DNA from: an uncultured Collinsella sp.
GTDB taxonomy: Bacteria; Actinomycetota; Coriobacteriia; Coriobacteriales; Coriobacteriaceae
DNA: 64,000 nt
Reading direction: 5' to 3'
Assembly: GCA_902491395.1 (NCBI GenBank)
Contig: CABUHO010000004.1
Span: 32,049-96,048 of the forward strand
The notes under the pieces are model-generated. The model saw only the letters and a list, made by a program, of their open reading frames with translations, did no database searches and was not told the origin of the DNA. Position numbers and translations under genes: made by a program. This document shows, in pieces, positions 42,284-51,369 of this stretch (its first letter is position 1; every line of letters starts with the position of its first letter).

Positions 42284-43576
42284 GTGCTCGCACCCCATAT
42301 TTCCGTCGTCAACCTCGGCTGCCGTGTCAACCGGGTTGAGTCTGACCGTATCACTGCCGATCTTATGCGCCTGGGCTTTGCTATGGTGGAGCCCCACGAT
42401 GCCGATCTGATCGTCATTAACACCTGTGCCGTTACGGGCGAGGCCGAGGCCAAGACCCGTAAGGCCGTCCGTCATGCGCTGGCCCATCCAAACGAGCCCT
42501 ATGTGGTCGTGACCGGATGCGTGGTCAATTTGCATCCCGAGGAGCTGTTGGAGCTTTCGGATCGCGTGATTGCCGAGCCGTCTAAGATCGATGTCGCCGA
42601 ACGTGTCTGCGATGTGCTGGGCGTTGAGTCCGATAGCGTTCCCGCCTGCAGCGATGGTGACGTGGTCGATGCGCTCGGTCGTTCGCGGCTGGGCGTGAAG
42701 ATCCAGGATGGCTGCAACCACCGTTGCACTTATTGCATCGTGTGGAAGGCCCGCGGCCCCGAGCGTTCCGTGCCCGTCGAGTCCGTGCTTGAGCAAGTTC
42801 GCGAGGCCCAGGAGGCCGGCGTGCCCGAGGTGGTGCTGACCGGTGTGAACCTGGGTGCCTACGATGGCAAGAGCTCGACCGACGAGCATGTCGAAATCGA
42901 TGAGCTGCTCGAGGCCATCATGGAGCGCACGACTATTGCGCATGTGCGCATTTCCTCGGTCGAACCCATGGATATCTCTGAGCGCCTGCTTAAGGTTATG
43001 GCGCGCTATCCGCAGCGTATTGCCCCGTTTTTGCACCTGCCCGTGCAGTCCGGCTGTACGGCGACGCTGCATCGCATGGGTCGTCCCTATAGTGCCGAGG
43101 CTTTTGAGGACACGGTGCGCATGATTCGCGCCATCCTGCCGCAGGCGTCTCTTTCGTGCGACGTCATCGTCGGTTTTCCTGGTGAGACGGACGAGGAGTT
43201 CGAGGAGTCGCTGGCGCTGTGCCGCCGCGTGGGGTTCTCGCGTATGCACGTGTTCCGCTACAGCAAGCGTCCCGGTACCCTTGCTGCCGACATGCCCGAC
43301 CAGGTGCCGTCCGAGGTTATGGCCGAGCGCAGCCGCCGTATGCGAGACGCGGCGCAGGAGCTCGCTATTGCCGATGCTCGTCGTCGCGTGGGCACTGTCG
43401 AGCGTGCCGTGCTCGAGTATGGTGACAACCTGACGCTCGGTTCGTTCCATCATGCCCGTCTTGACGATACCTGTGGACTTACAGCCCCGTGCCTGCTCGA
43501 TGTTGCTATCATCGGAGTCGATGATTCCGGCTTGGTCCATGCGCGCAGGGAGGTCCATGGAAGCCTCGAGTATTAG
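42284..43576 (+). CDS. mtaB: Methylthiotransferase, MtaB-like
   Basis: LGCRVNRVES, INTCAVT, KIQDGCNHRCTYC and HVFRYSKRPGT motifs; follows dnaJ. Confidence 0.85.
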   Translation: MLAPHISVVNLGCRVNRVESDRITADLMRLGFAMVEPHDADLIVINTCAVTGEAEAKTRKAVRHALAHPNEPYVVVTGCVVNLHPEELLELSDRVIAEPSKIDVAERVCDVLGVESDSVPACSDGDVVDALGRSRLGVKIQDGCNHRCTYCIVWKARGPERSVPVESVLEQVREAQEAGVPEVVLTGVNLGAYDGKSSTDEHVEIDELLEAIMERTTIAHVRISSVEPMDISERLLKVMARYPQRIAPFLHLPVQSGCTATLHRMGRPYSAEAFEDTVRMIRAILPQASLSCDVIVGFPGETDEEFEESLALCRRVGFSRMHVFRYSKRPGTLAADMPDQVPSEVMAERSRRMRDAAQELAIADARRRVGTVERAVLEYGDNLTLGSFHHARLDDTCGLTAPCLLDVAIIGVDDSGLVHARREVHGSLEY

Positions 43577-44543
43577 ACTTACCGTTCCCGAGGGAATTGA
43601 TCCCTCGCGCGTTTTGGGCGCCGGCGACGGCGTCCTTCGTGCGCTCGAGAGTTTGGTTCGCGCTCACGTGGTCGCCCGTGGCGATAGTATCGCCGTGAGC
43701 GGTGACCCGGACGAGGTCGAGCTCGTGGCGCGTTTTTTCGAACACGCTTTTCGCGAGGCGGCCGCCGGGCGCACGCTGTCTGCCGACGATGTCTCTCGCT
43801 GCCTGGCCGTCTTGCGCGACGGTGAGCACGAGGCCACGTCGCTTCGCGATGACGTGCTGCTTTCGTATCGCGGCCGCGTCATTCGCCCCAAGACGCTCGG
43901 GCAAAAGCGCTATGTGGATGCCATCCGCTCGCATACCATCACGTTTGGCCTGGGTCCAGCCGGTACCGGTAAGACTTATCTGGCCATGGCTCTCGCCGTT
44001 GCCGCGCTCAAGCGCCACGAGGTGGGCCGTCTGATCTTGACGCGTCCGGTTGTCGAGGCGGGGGAGAACCTGGGCTTTTTGCCCGGCACCCTCGAGGAAA
44101 AGATCGATCCGTACATGCGTCCGCTCTACGACGCCCTTTTTGACATGATGGATCGCGAGCGAACCGATGAGCTTATGGAGCGCGGCGTGATCGAGATCGC
44201 CCCGCTTGCCTATATGCGCGGTCGTACGCTGAGCGATGCCTTCGTGGTGCTCGACGAGGCGCAAAATACCACGCCCGAGCAGATGAAGATGTTCCTGACA
44301 CGCCTTGGATTCAACTCCAAGTTCGTGATTACCGGCGACCTCAGCCAGCGCGACCTGGTGGGTCGTCGTGGCGGCTTGGCGGATGTCGAGAAGATTTTGG
44401 GCCGTGTCGACGATGTGGCGTTTGCACACCTGGAGCGCGCCGATGTGGTGCGCCATGCCCTGGTGGGTCGTATCGTCGAGGCATACGATGCTTATGATGA
44501 CGTGCGTGAGCAGTGCTCGCGCGACCGAAAGGAGTCCCGTTGA
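43557..44543 (+). CDS. phoH: PhoH family ATPase
   Basis: GPAGTGKTYLA, RPVVEAGENLGFLPG and YMRGRTL motifs. Confidence 0.95.
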   Translation: MEASSIRLTVPEGIDPSRVLGAGDGVLRALESLVRAHVVARGDSIAVSGDPDEVELVARFFEHAFREAAAGRTLSADDVSRCLAVLRDGEHEATSLRDDVLLSYRGRVIRPKTLGQKRYVDAIRSHTITFGLGPAGTGKTYLAMALAVAALKRHEVGRLILTRPVVEAGENLGFLPGTLEEKIDPYMRPLYDALFDMMDRERTDELMERGVIEIAPLAYMRGRTLSDAFVVLDEAQNTTPEQMKMFLTRLGFNSKFVITGDLSQRDLVGRRGGLADVEKILGRVDDVAFAHLERADVVRHALVGRIVEAYDAYDDVREQCSRDRKESR

Positions 44544-45049
44544 GTGTATTGATCAGCAACGATGCCGAGCTCGATACGCTGCTCGACGCGCAGGAGGTGG
44601 AGCACATCTGCGAGGTTGTGCTTGCCGCCGAGGGTGTTGAACGTGAAGTCGAGATTTCCCTTTCGTATGTCGACGAGGACGAGATGCACGAGCTCAACCA
44701 TGAGTGGCGTGGCATCGACCGCACCACCGATGTGCTCTCGTTTGAATGCGACTCGGCCTTTGACGAGGATATTCCCGCCGACGAGACGCTCGAGCTCGGC
44801 GATATCATCTTGGCCCCGCAGGTCATTGCCCGTCAGGCCCCCGGCTTTGGCAATAGCCCTGCCGACGAGTGCCGCCTGATGCTCGTACACGGCATGCTGC
44901 ACCTGCTGGGGTATGACCATATCGAGGACGACGAGGCCGAGGTCATGGAGGCCCGCGAGGACGCTATCCTGCGCGATCTGGCGCTCGAGCGCGGTGAGGA
45001 CCCCAAACTCGTTCACGTCGGCCCCATCACCAATCATGCCCACGACTAG
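44540..45049 (+). CDS. ybeY: rRNA maturation endoribonuclease YbeY
   Basis: TDVLSF, LGDI and HGMLHLLGYDH motifs. Confidence 0.96.
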   Translation: MSVLISNDAELDTLLDAQEVEHICEVVLAAEGVEREVEISLSYVDEDEMHELNHEWRGIDRTTDVLSFECDSAFDEDIPADETLELGDIILAPQVIARQAPGFGNSPADECRLMLVHGMLHLLGYDHIEDDEAEVMEAREDAILRDLALERGEDPKLVHVGPITNHAHD

Positions 45050-45058
45050 GAGCCGTTT

Positions 45059-45436
45059 ATGATTCCCGGATCGAACAAGGACCATCCGTCCTTTTTAAAG
45101 TCGTTCTCATACGCCATGGAGGGCTTCGTCACCGCCGTCAAGACCGAGCGCAACATTAAGGTCATGCTCGTGGCAGGCGTGTGCACCGTCATTGCCGGCT
45201 GCATCGTGGGGCTCGATATTGCCGAGTGGGCTACGGTCATCATCTGCTGCGGCCTGGTGATTCATGGCGAGCTGTGCAATACCGCCATGGAGGCCATCGT
45301 CGACCTGGCGACCCAAGAGCTCCATCCGCTGGCAAAGCGTGCGAAGGACATCGCCGCCGCCTCTGTATACGTTCTTTCCATTACCGCCGCGATCGTGGGC
45401 TTGCTTGTCTTTGCCCACGCGCTCGACTTTATTTAG
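45059..45436 (+). CDS. dgkA: Diacylglycerol/undecaprenol kinase family
   Basis: SFSYAMEG, ELCNTAMEAIVD and AKRAKDIAA motifs; three TM segments. Confidence 0.92.
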   Translation: MIPGSNKDHPSFLKSFSYAMEGFVTAVKTERNIKVMLVAGVCTVIAGCIVGLDIAEWATVIICCGLVIHGELCNTAMEAIVDLATQELHPLAKRAKDIAAASVYVLSITAAIVGLLVFAHALDFI

Positions 45437-45448
45437 AAAGGGATTCCC

Positions 45449-46516
45449 ATGTCCGACAATATGCAGCCTATCGATGAAATTTTGGACGACGAGTCCCCGG
45501 ATGCTAAGGCGACCGAGGCCTATGAGGAAGTCGAGGAGTTCGATCCGTTTGAGGGCATGAGCGATGAGGAGCTCGACGCCCTGTGCGACGAGGACGAAAG
45601 TCTCGCGGGCTTTGGTGACGTGGAACCCGGCTTCCGCAGCGGCTTTGTTGCCCTGGTCGGCCGTCCCAACGCCGGCAAGTCCACGCTGCTCAACGCCTGT
45701 TACGGCAAGAAGGTCGCCATCACCTCGCCGGTGGCCCAGACCACGCGCCGCCGTATGCGTGCCGTCGTCAATCGCCCCGGCTACCAGCTGGTCTTTGTCG
45801 ATACCCCGGGCATCCACAAGCCCAAGGACGGCCTGGGCTCCGAGCTTAACAAGAGCGCCCTGTTTGAGCTCAACGACGTGGACGTCGTCGCATTTTTGAT
45901 CGATGCCACCAAGCCCATCGGCAGGGGAGACGCCTGGGTCGCCGAGCGTGTTAAGAGCGCCCGCTGCAAGAAGGTCCTGGTGCTCACCAAGGCCGATGAG
46001 GCCGATCCCGCCCAGGTCATGGAGCAGCTCAAAGCCGCTCACGAGCTCATGGAATACGACGACGAGATCGTGACCTCGTCGGTCAAGAATTTCAACGTCG
46101 ATGCGTTTATCGAGACCGTCGCGCACTTTTTGCCCGAGGGCCCGCGCTGGTTCCCCGAGGACATGGGCACCGACGCGTCCGACGAGACGCTCGTAGCCGA
46201 GTTTGTCCGCGAGAAGGTTTTGCGTCGCACCCGCGACGAGATCCCGCACTCCGTGGGCGTTATCTGCGACGCGCTCGAGCAGACCAAGAAGGTCCTGCGC
46301 GTACACGCCACGATTTACGTGGAGCGCGAGGGCCAGAAGGGCATCATCATCGGCAAGGGTGGCGAGATGATCAAGCATATCGGCATCGATGCGCGTCGTG
46401 ACCTTGAGCGTATCTTTGGCACCCAGGTCTTTTTGGAGCTGGATGTGAAGGTCAAGGCCGGCTGGCGCGACGACGAGGCGCAGATCCGCCGCTTTGGCTA
46501 TAACGCCGAAGATTAG
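45449..46516 (+). CDS. era: GTPase Era
   Basis: GRPNAGKSTL, QTTR, DTPGIH and KH domain IIIGKGG. Confidence 0.97.
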   Translation: MSDNMQPIDEILDDESPDAKATEAYEEVEEFDPFEGMSDEELDALCDEDESLAGFGDVEPGFRSGFVALVGRPNAGKSTLLNACYGKKVAITSPVAQTTRRRMRAVVNRPGYQLVFVDTPGIHKPKDGLGSELNKSALFELNDVDVVAFLIDATKPIGRGDAWVAERVKSARCKKVLVLTKADEADPAQVMEQLKAAHELMEYDDEIVTSSVKNFNVDAFIETVAHFLPEGPRWFPEDMGTDASDETLVAEFVREKVLRRTRDEIPHSVGVICDALEQTKKVLRVHATIYVEREGQKGIIIGKGGEMIKHIGIDARRDLERIFGTQVFLELDVKVKAGWRDDEAQIRRFGYNAED

Positions 46517-46525
46517 TCCGCGTCA

Positions 46526-47275
46526 ATGGCAGGTTCTCGTACATATCGCACGAAGGTGCTCGTCCTCGACAAGACCAAGCTCAAGGAAACCGACCTGATT
46601 TTGACGATGCTCGACGAGCGGGGGCGGCAGGTGCGTGCCGTGGCAAAGGGAGCGCGTAAGCCCGGCGGTCGCCTGGCGGCGCGCTGCGAGCTGTTCTGTA
46701 CCGTGGATATGCTGCTGGCGCATGGGCGCTCGCTCGACGTGGTCTCTCAGGCGGAACTTATGGAGGCGCCGCTCGGTGCTGCGCCCGATTACGAGGCGAC
46801 GTGTGCCGCAAGCGCGATTGCCGAGGTCGCTCGCGTGTGTTCGTTCGAAGATGCCGAGGACCCCTTTACCTTTGCCATTACGCAGCGGGCGCTCGCGCTT
46901 GTTGGCAGCGGACTCGATTCGGCACATATGGACCTGCTCGTGGCGGCGTTTGTCTTTAAGCTGCTATCGCATATTGGCTATCGGCCCGATTTCTCGGCTT
47001 GTGTCTCGTGCGGCGACCCCATGCTCTCGTATTTCTCGGCCCAGGCGGGCGGGCTTCTGTGCGGGTCGTGCGCCTCGAGCGTGCCCGGAGCCGAGTTGGT
47101 ATCGGTCGGTGAGGTCGCATGGCTGCGCGCCCTTATGTCCATGACGTTCGATGCCCTTATGGCCGAGCAGATCGATCCGCATACCGCAGCGTTTTTGCTG
47201 GGGCTTTCGCATGTTTGGGCCGCCACGCATACCGATCAGCGGCTCCGTGCGATGGAATTCATGTTGGGTCGGTGA
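46526..47275 (+). CDS. recO: DNA repair protein RecO
   Basis: ETDLIL..AVAKGARK OB fold and CxxC..CxxC zinc motif; follows era. Confidence 0.93.
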   Translation: MAGSRTYRTKVLVLDKTKLKETDLILTMLDERGRQVRAVAKGARKPGGRLAARCELFCTVDMLLAHGRSLDVVSQAELMEAPLGAAPDYEATCAASAIAEVARVCSFEDAEDPFTFAITQRALALVGSGLDSAHMDLLVAAFVFKLLSHIGYRPDFSACVSCGDPMLSYFSAQAGGLLCGSCASSVPGAELVSVGEVAWLRALMSMTFDALMAEQIDPHTAAFLLGLSHVWAATHTDQRLRAMEFMLGR

Positions 47276-47413
47276 TGATGCGCAGGCGCGGGCTGCTTGT
47301 GGTAACATACCGACCTGTTGGTACCTCGACCTTGGATGCTCGCTCCACCGGCGGCTTCCCAGTCCGAGGCGAATAGAGTCGCCCGCGGGCGACGCGAAAC
47401 GAAAGGTGAAACA

Positions 47414-47692
47414 ATGACTGTTTCCAAAGAGCGCAAGGCGGAGCTGACCGCCCAGTTCGGTAACTCCCCGGTCGACACCGGCAACCCCAAGGTTCAGGTC
47501 GCCATCCTGTCCGAGCGCATCAAGGAGCTGACCGAGCACATGAAGTCCCACCAGAAGGACTTCCACACCCGTCGTGGCCTGCTCATGCTCGTCGGCCGTC
47601 GTCGTCGTCTTCTCTCCTACATCAAGAAGAACGACATCGTCGAGTACCGTGAGCTCATCAAGGCTCTGGGCATCCGCGACAATATCCAGTAG
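47414..47692 (+). CDS. rpsO: 30S ribosomal protein S15
   Basis: DTGNPKVQVAILSERI..HQKDFHTRRGLLMLVGRRRRLL. Confidence 0.98.
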   Translation: MTVSKERKAELTAQFGNSPVDTGNPKVQVAILSERIKELTEHMKSHQKDFHTRRGLLMLVGRRRRLLSYIKKNDIVEYRELIKALGIRDNIQ

Positions 47693-47708
47693 GATTTGTA
47701 CATGCTAA

Positions 47709-47738
47709 GAGCGTCCTGCGCAGCGGGGCGCTCTTTTT
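47709..47738 (+). terminator. rpsO terminator
   Basis: gagcgtcctgc / gcggggcgctc stem followed by ttttt. Confidence 0.8.
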
Positions 47739-47841
47739 GTGTAAGGGCGTGAACAATCACGCTCTGAAGCGTGGCGGGGGCAGGGGGCCCGCGTCACATG
47801 AGAAGCCCGCAGGCAAGGGGCCTGTGGGGTAAAGGAGAACA

Positions 47842-50088
47842 ATGACACTCGTATCCAAGACCTTTGAGCTGTACGGCAAGACCTACACCTTCGAGTCCGG
47901 CGAGCTTGCCAAGCAGGCCACCGGCGCTTGTCTGGTCAAGCAGGGCGATACCACGATGCTCGATACCGTGGTCGTCTCCAAGGAGCGCAAGAACTACGAC
48001 TTCTTCCCGCTGACCGTCGACTTCAACGAGAAGATGTACGCTGCCGGTCGCATCCCGGGTGGCTACCTCAAGCGTGAGGGCCGTCCCAGCGAGAAGGCCA
48101 CGCTCACGGCCCGTATGATCGACCGCCCGATCCGCCCGAGCTTCCCGGACGGATTCCGCAACGAGGTGCACATCGTCGCGACCTCGCTCGTCGCCGACCA
48201 GGTCAACCCCTTCGACGTCATCAACGTCATGGGCGCCTCCCTGGCCATGACGCTCGGCGGCGTGCCCTTCGAGGGCCCGCTCGCCTGCGTGCGCATCGGC
48301 CGTAACGTGGAGACCGGCGAGTTTATCGTCAACCCCACCTATGAGGAGCGCGAGAACTCCGACCTGGACCTTGAGCTGGGCGGTTCCGCCGACTTCATCT
48401 CTATGGTCGAGGCCGGCGCCGAGGAGATCTCCGAGGACGACATGCTCGCCGCTATGAAGTTTGGCCAGGAGGCCCTCGCTGCCTTCTGCCAGGCCCAGGA
48501 CGAGTTCGTCGCCGAGTGGGAGCAGGTCAACGGTGCTATCGTCAAGAAGGAGTACCCGCTCGACCAGCCCGTCGAGGAGGTCCAGGAGCGCATTTTCGCC
48601 CACTACGACGAGATGGCCGCTGCCCTGCGCGACGCTGACAAGCTTTCCCGCATCGGTAAGGTCGAGGCTCTGAAGGAGTCCATCCGTGCCGAGTTCACCG
48701 ATGAGGAGCAGGCCGCTTGGGAGCGCGAGATCCCCGTGGCGCTCAAGAAGCTCGAGAAGAAGGCCATGCGCACCATGGTCGTCGAGACCGGCGAGCGCGT
48801 CGACGGCCGTGCCGCCGACGAGATCCGTCCCATCATGGTGAAGGACAACTACCTGCCGCTCGTTCACGGTTCCGGCCTGTTCCAGCGCGGTCAGACCCAG
48901 GTGCTCTCCGTCCTTTCGCTCGGCATGCTCAATGAGGGCCAGCGTCTGGATACCATCGAGCCCACCGAGGGCAAGCGCTACATGCACCACTACAACTTCC
49001 CGCCGTTCTGCACCGGCGAGACCGGTCGCATGGGCAGCCCCAAGCGCCGCGAGATCGGTCACGGCAACCTGGCCGAGCGCGCCCTGCTCCCGGTGCTTCC
49101 CGACGAGAACGAGTTCCCCTACGCCATCCGCGTGGTTTCCGAGGTCATGGAGTCCAACGGCTCTTCTTCGATGGCTTCGACCTGCGGTTCCACGCTCGCC
49201 CTCATGGACGGCGGCGTGCCCATTAAGCGTCCGGTCTCCGGTATCGCCATGGGCCTGATCCAGGAGGAGGGCAAGACCGTGGTCTTGTCCGACATCCAGG
49301 GTCTCGAGGACTTCCTGGGCGACATGGACTTTAAGGTCACCGGCACCACCGAGGGCATTACCGCCCTGCAGATGGACAACAAGGCCACCGGCCTCACCTT
49401 CGACATCCTGGCCCGCGCCCTGCAGCAGGCCAAGGAGGGTCGCGCCTTCATCCTGCAGAAGATGCTCGATGTGATCCCCGAGCCGCGCCACACCACGCGC
49501 AGCACCGCTCCGCGCATCGTCTCCATTCAGGTTCCGACCGATAAGATCCGCGACGTCATCGGTTCCGGCGGCAAGGTCATCCGTGGCATCCAGGATGAGA
49601 CCGGCGCTTCGGTCGACATTCAGGAGGACGGCACCGTCTTTGTCGGCGGCACCGGCGAGTCCGTCGATCAGGCCGTCGAGCGTATCAAGCTCATCATCAA
49701 GGTTCCCGAGCCGGGCGAGGAGTACACCGGTCGCGTTGTCTCCATCCAGCCGTTCGGCGCCTTCGTGAACCTGCTGCCCGGTAAGGACGGCCTGCTGCAC
49801 ATCTCCCGCGTCGCCAAGGGCCGTGTGGAGAAGGTCGAGGACGTCCTCAATGTGGGCGACGAGGTCAAGGTCGTCGTCATCGAGGTCGATGATCGCGGCA
49901 AGATCTCGCTCGATCGTCTGGACAAGCCCGAGGCTCCGGCTCGCGCCGAGGGTGCCTCCGAGGGCGACGGCGAGCACTTCCAGCGTCGTGAGCGTCCGCG
50001 TCGCGAGCGCTCCGAGCGCAGTGACCGTCCGCGCCGTCCCGGCGACAACGGAGGTCGCAAGCCCCGCCGTCACCACGACGCCGAGTAA
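47842..50088 (+). CDS. pnp: Polynucleotide phosphorylase
   Basis: FFPLTVD, RREIGHG, SNGSSSMAS and DMDFKVTGT motifs; KH and S1 domains. Confidence 0.99.
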   Translation: MTLVSKTFELYGKTYTFESGELAKQATGACLVKQGDTTMLDTVVVSKERKNYDFFPLTVDFNEKMYAAGRIPGGYLKREGRPSEKATLTARMIDRPIRPSFPDGFRNEVHIVATSLVADQVNPFDVINVMGASLAMTLGGVPFEGPLACVRIGRNVETGEFIVNPTYEERENSDLDLELGGSADFISMVEAGAEEISEDDMLAAMKFGQEALAAFCQAQDEFVAEWEQVNGAIVKKEYPLDQPVEEVQERIFAHYDEMAAALRDADKLSRIGKVEALKESIRAEFTDEEQAAWEREIPVALKKLEKKAMRTMVVETGERVDGRAADEIRPIMVKDNYLPLVHGSGLFQRGQTQVLSVLSLGMLNEGQRLDTIEPTEGKRYMHHYNFPPFCTGETGRMGSPKRREIGHGNLAERALLPVLPDENEFPYAIRVVSEVMESNGSSSMASTCGSTLALMDGGVPIKRPVSGIAMGLIQEEGKTVVLSDIQGLEDFLGDMDFKVTGTTEGITALQMDNKATGLTFDILARALQQAKEGRAFILQKMLDVIPEPRHTTRSTAPRIVSIQVPTDKIRDVIGSGGKVIRGIQDETGASVDIQEDGTVFVGGTGESVDQAVERIKLIIKVPEPGEEYTGRVVSIQPFGAFVNLLPGKDGLLHISRVAKGRVEKVEDVLNVGDEVKVVVIEVDDRGKISLDRLDKPEAPARAEGASEGDGEHFQRRERPRRERSERSDRPRRPGDNGGRKPRRHHDAE

Positions 50089-50110
50089 CAGCCGCACATA
50101 AGCTGCTCAG

Positions 50111-50143
50111 AAAGGGCGACTCCGCACTGGGGTCGCCCTTTTT
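50111..50143 (+). terminator. pnp terminator
   Basis: aaagggcgactcc / ggggtcgcccttt stem followed by T tract. Confidence 0.85.
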
Positions 50144-50285
50144 GCTTGCGCGCGGGGGCGGCGCATATGAAGTTTCCTGCTCTACAGTCCTGCGCAAGAC
50201 GGAAAGCACATTAAGTGCTTTCCTTTGCGTGCGGAACTCGCGATAAACTTCATATGCGCCGCCCCCGCGCGCAAGCAAAAAGGGC
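50135..50285 (+). repeat. Cruciform element A: perfect 41-bp inverted arms around a 69-nt core
   Basis: 50135-50175 is the exact reverse complement of 50245-50285; central hairpin ggaaagcac-ATTAA-gtgctttcc. Confidence 0.93.
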
Positions 50286-50373
50286 TGGTTGACGTTGTTG
50301 GGCGTTTACTTCGTTCTTGTTCTTAATTGCTATACTGTGTCTCACATTTGATGTGCAGCTAATGGAGGCGGGC

Positions 50374-50994
50374 ATGACAAACAAGGTTGAATGGGATCGC
50401 ATGATTGCCGGGGAGCTATATAACCCCTATAGAGTTGGAGACTATTCGTTTAGTAGGGTGCATGCGGCTCAGAAGTTGTTTAATGAGTCGGAGTATTGGG
50501 CTGATTCGAGTGCTCTTGAGGAACTTAAGAAGTGTTTTCGCGCCGCTCCGGACGATATGGTCTTAACGGCTCCTGTCTATTTTGATCACGGCGATAGGAT
50601 TTCGTTCGGTAATCATTTCTATGCGAATACTGGCTTGACGATTCTGGACGAAAATTACGTGACCTTTGGCGATAACGTTTATCTGGGACCCCATGTGAGC
50701 ATTTTCACCGCTGGGCATCCTATTGATGCAGATGTGCGCAATCTGGACCTTGAGTATGCAAAGCCTGTCACAATTGGCGACAACGTCTGGATGGGCGGCG
50801 GTGTGATTATCAATCCAGGCGTCACAATCGGAAGCGACGTTGTCATCGCCTCAGGCTCAGTCGTTGTCAAAGACGTCCCCAGCCACGTCATCATCGGTGG
50901 CAATCCGGCTCATATCATTCGAGAGATTACCGATAGCGATCACAAGCTCTGGCAAGACCAACTGAATGCCTACAACGAGGCAACTAGGTCATAG
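50374..50994 (+). CDS. Sugar O-acetyltransferase (maltose/galactoside O-acetyltransferase family)
   Basis: MIAGELYNP, FTAGHP and AKPVTIGDNVWMGGGVIINPGVTIG hexapeptide repeats, VVVKDVP..GGNPA; GGAGG RBS; visibly AT-richer than its neighbours. Confidence 0.93.
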   Translation: MTNKVEWDRMIAGELYNPYRVGDYSFSRVHAAQKLFNESEYWADSSALEELKKCFRAAPDDMVLTAPVYFDHGDRISFGNHFYANTGLTILDENYVTFGDNVYLGPHVSIFTAGHPIDADVRNLDLEYAKPVTIGDNVWMGGGVIINPGVTIGSDVVIASGSVVVKDVPSHVIIGGNPAHIIREITDSDHKLWQDQLNAYNEATRS

Positions 50995-51014
50995 CTGAAG
51001 CATTTCCCTAGATA

Positions 51015-51053
51015 AAACCTGCCAAAATAAACCTGTCCCTATTTGGCAGGTTT
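51015..51053 (-). repeat. Solitary REP-like hairpin with GGGACAG loop
   Basis: Perfect 12-bp stem aaacctgccaaa/tttggcaggttt; 15-nt loop reads TAGGGACAGGTTTAT on the minus strand. Confidence 0.8.
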
Positions 51054-51181
51054 CCCGTGGGGCGGGCACTGATGAAGTTTATCGCGAGTTCCGCACGAAC
51101 AGGAGGCCACTTAATGTGGCCTCCGTCGTGAGCAGGACTGTAGAGCAGGAAACTTCATCAGCGCCCGCCCCACGGGAAACC
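51049..51181 (-). repeat. Cruciform element B: 32-bp inverted arms around a 69-nt core, inverted relative to A
   Basis: 51049-51080 matches the reverse complement of 51150-51181 at 31/32; core matches element A at 59/69. Confidence 0.93.
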
Positions 51182-51369
51182 GGCGGGATAGACCGGTTCA
51201 GATGGGGCTTTGATGCATGGGTGGTCTGTGTTCGTGCAAATGGGTATCATATTGGGGTTAATGCGTCGACTCCGTGATGCATGTTTGTACGTTCCCGACG
51301 GTCGGTTTGCCAGAAGCGCCCCGTCGGTTGTTCCAGACCCGTTTCGAAGAAAGGAAACAACACTCACCT

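Noticed and set aside
50135..50285. Integron attC site, tRNA or simple terminator
   Set aside because: No RYYYAAC/GTTRRRY ends, no intI gene and no cloverleaf or T-loop. pnp already has its own terminator, and the conserved 69-nt core is not explained by termination.
50374..50994. Vat/CatB-type antibiotic acetyltransferase
   Set aside because: The N-terminal MIAGELY and FTAGHP motifs fit the maltose/galactoside O-acetyltransferase family better.
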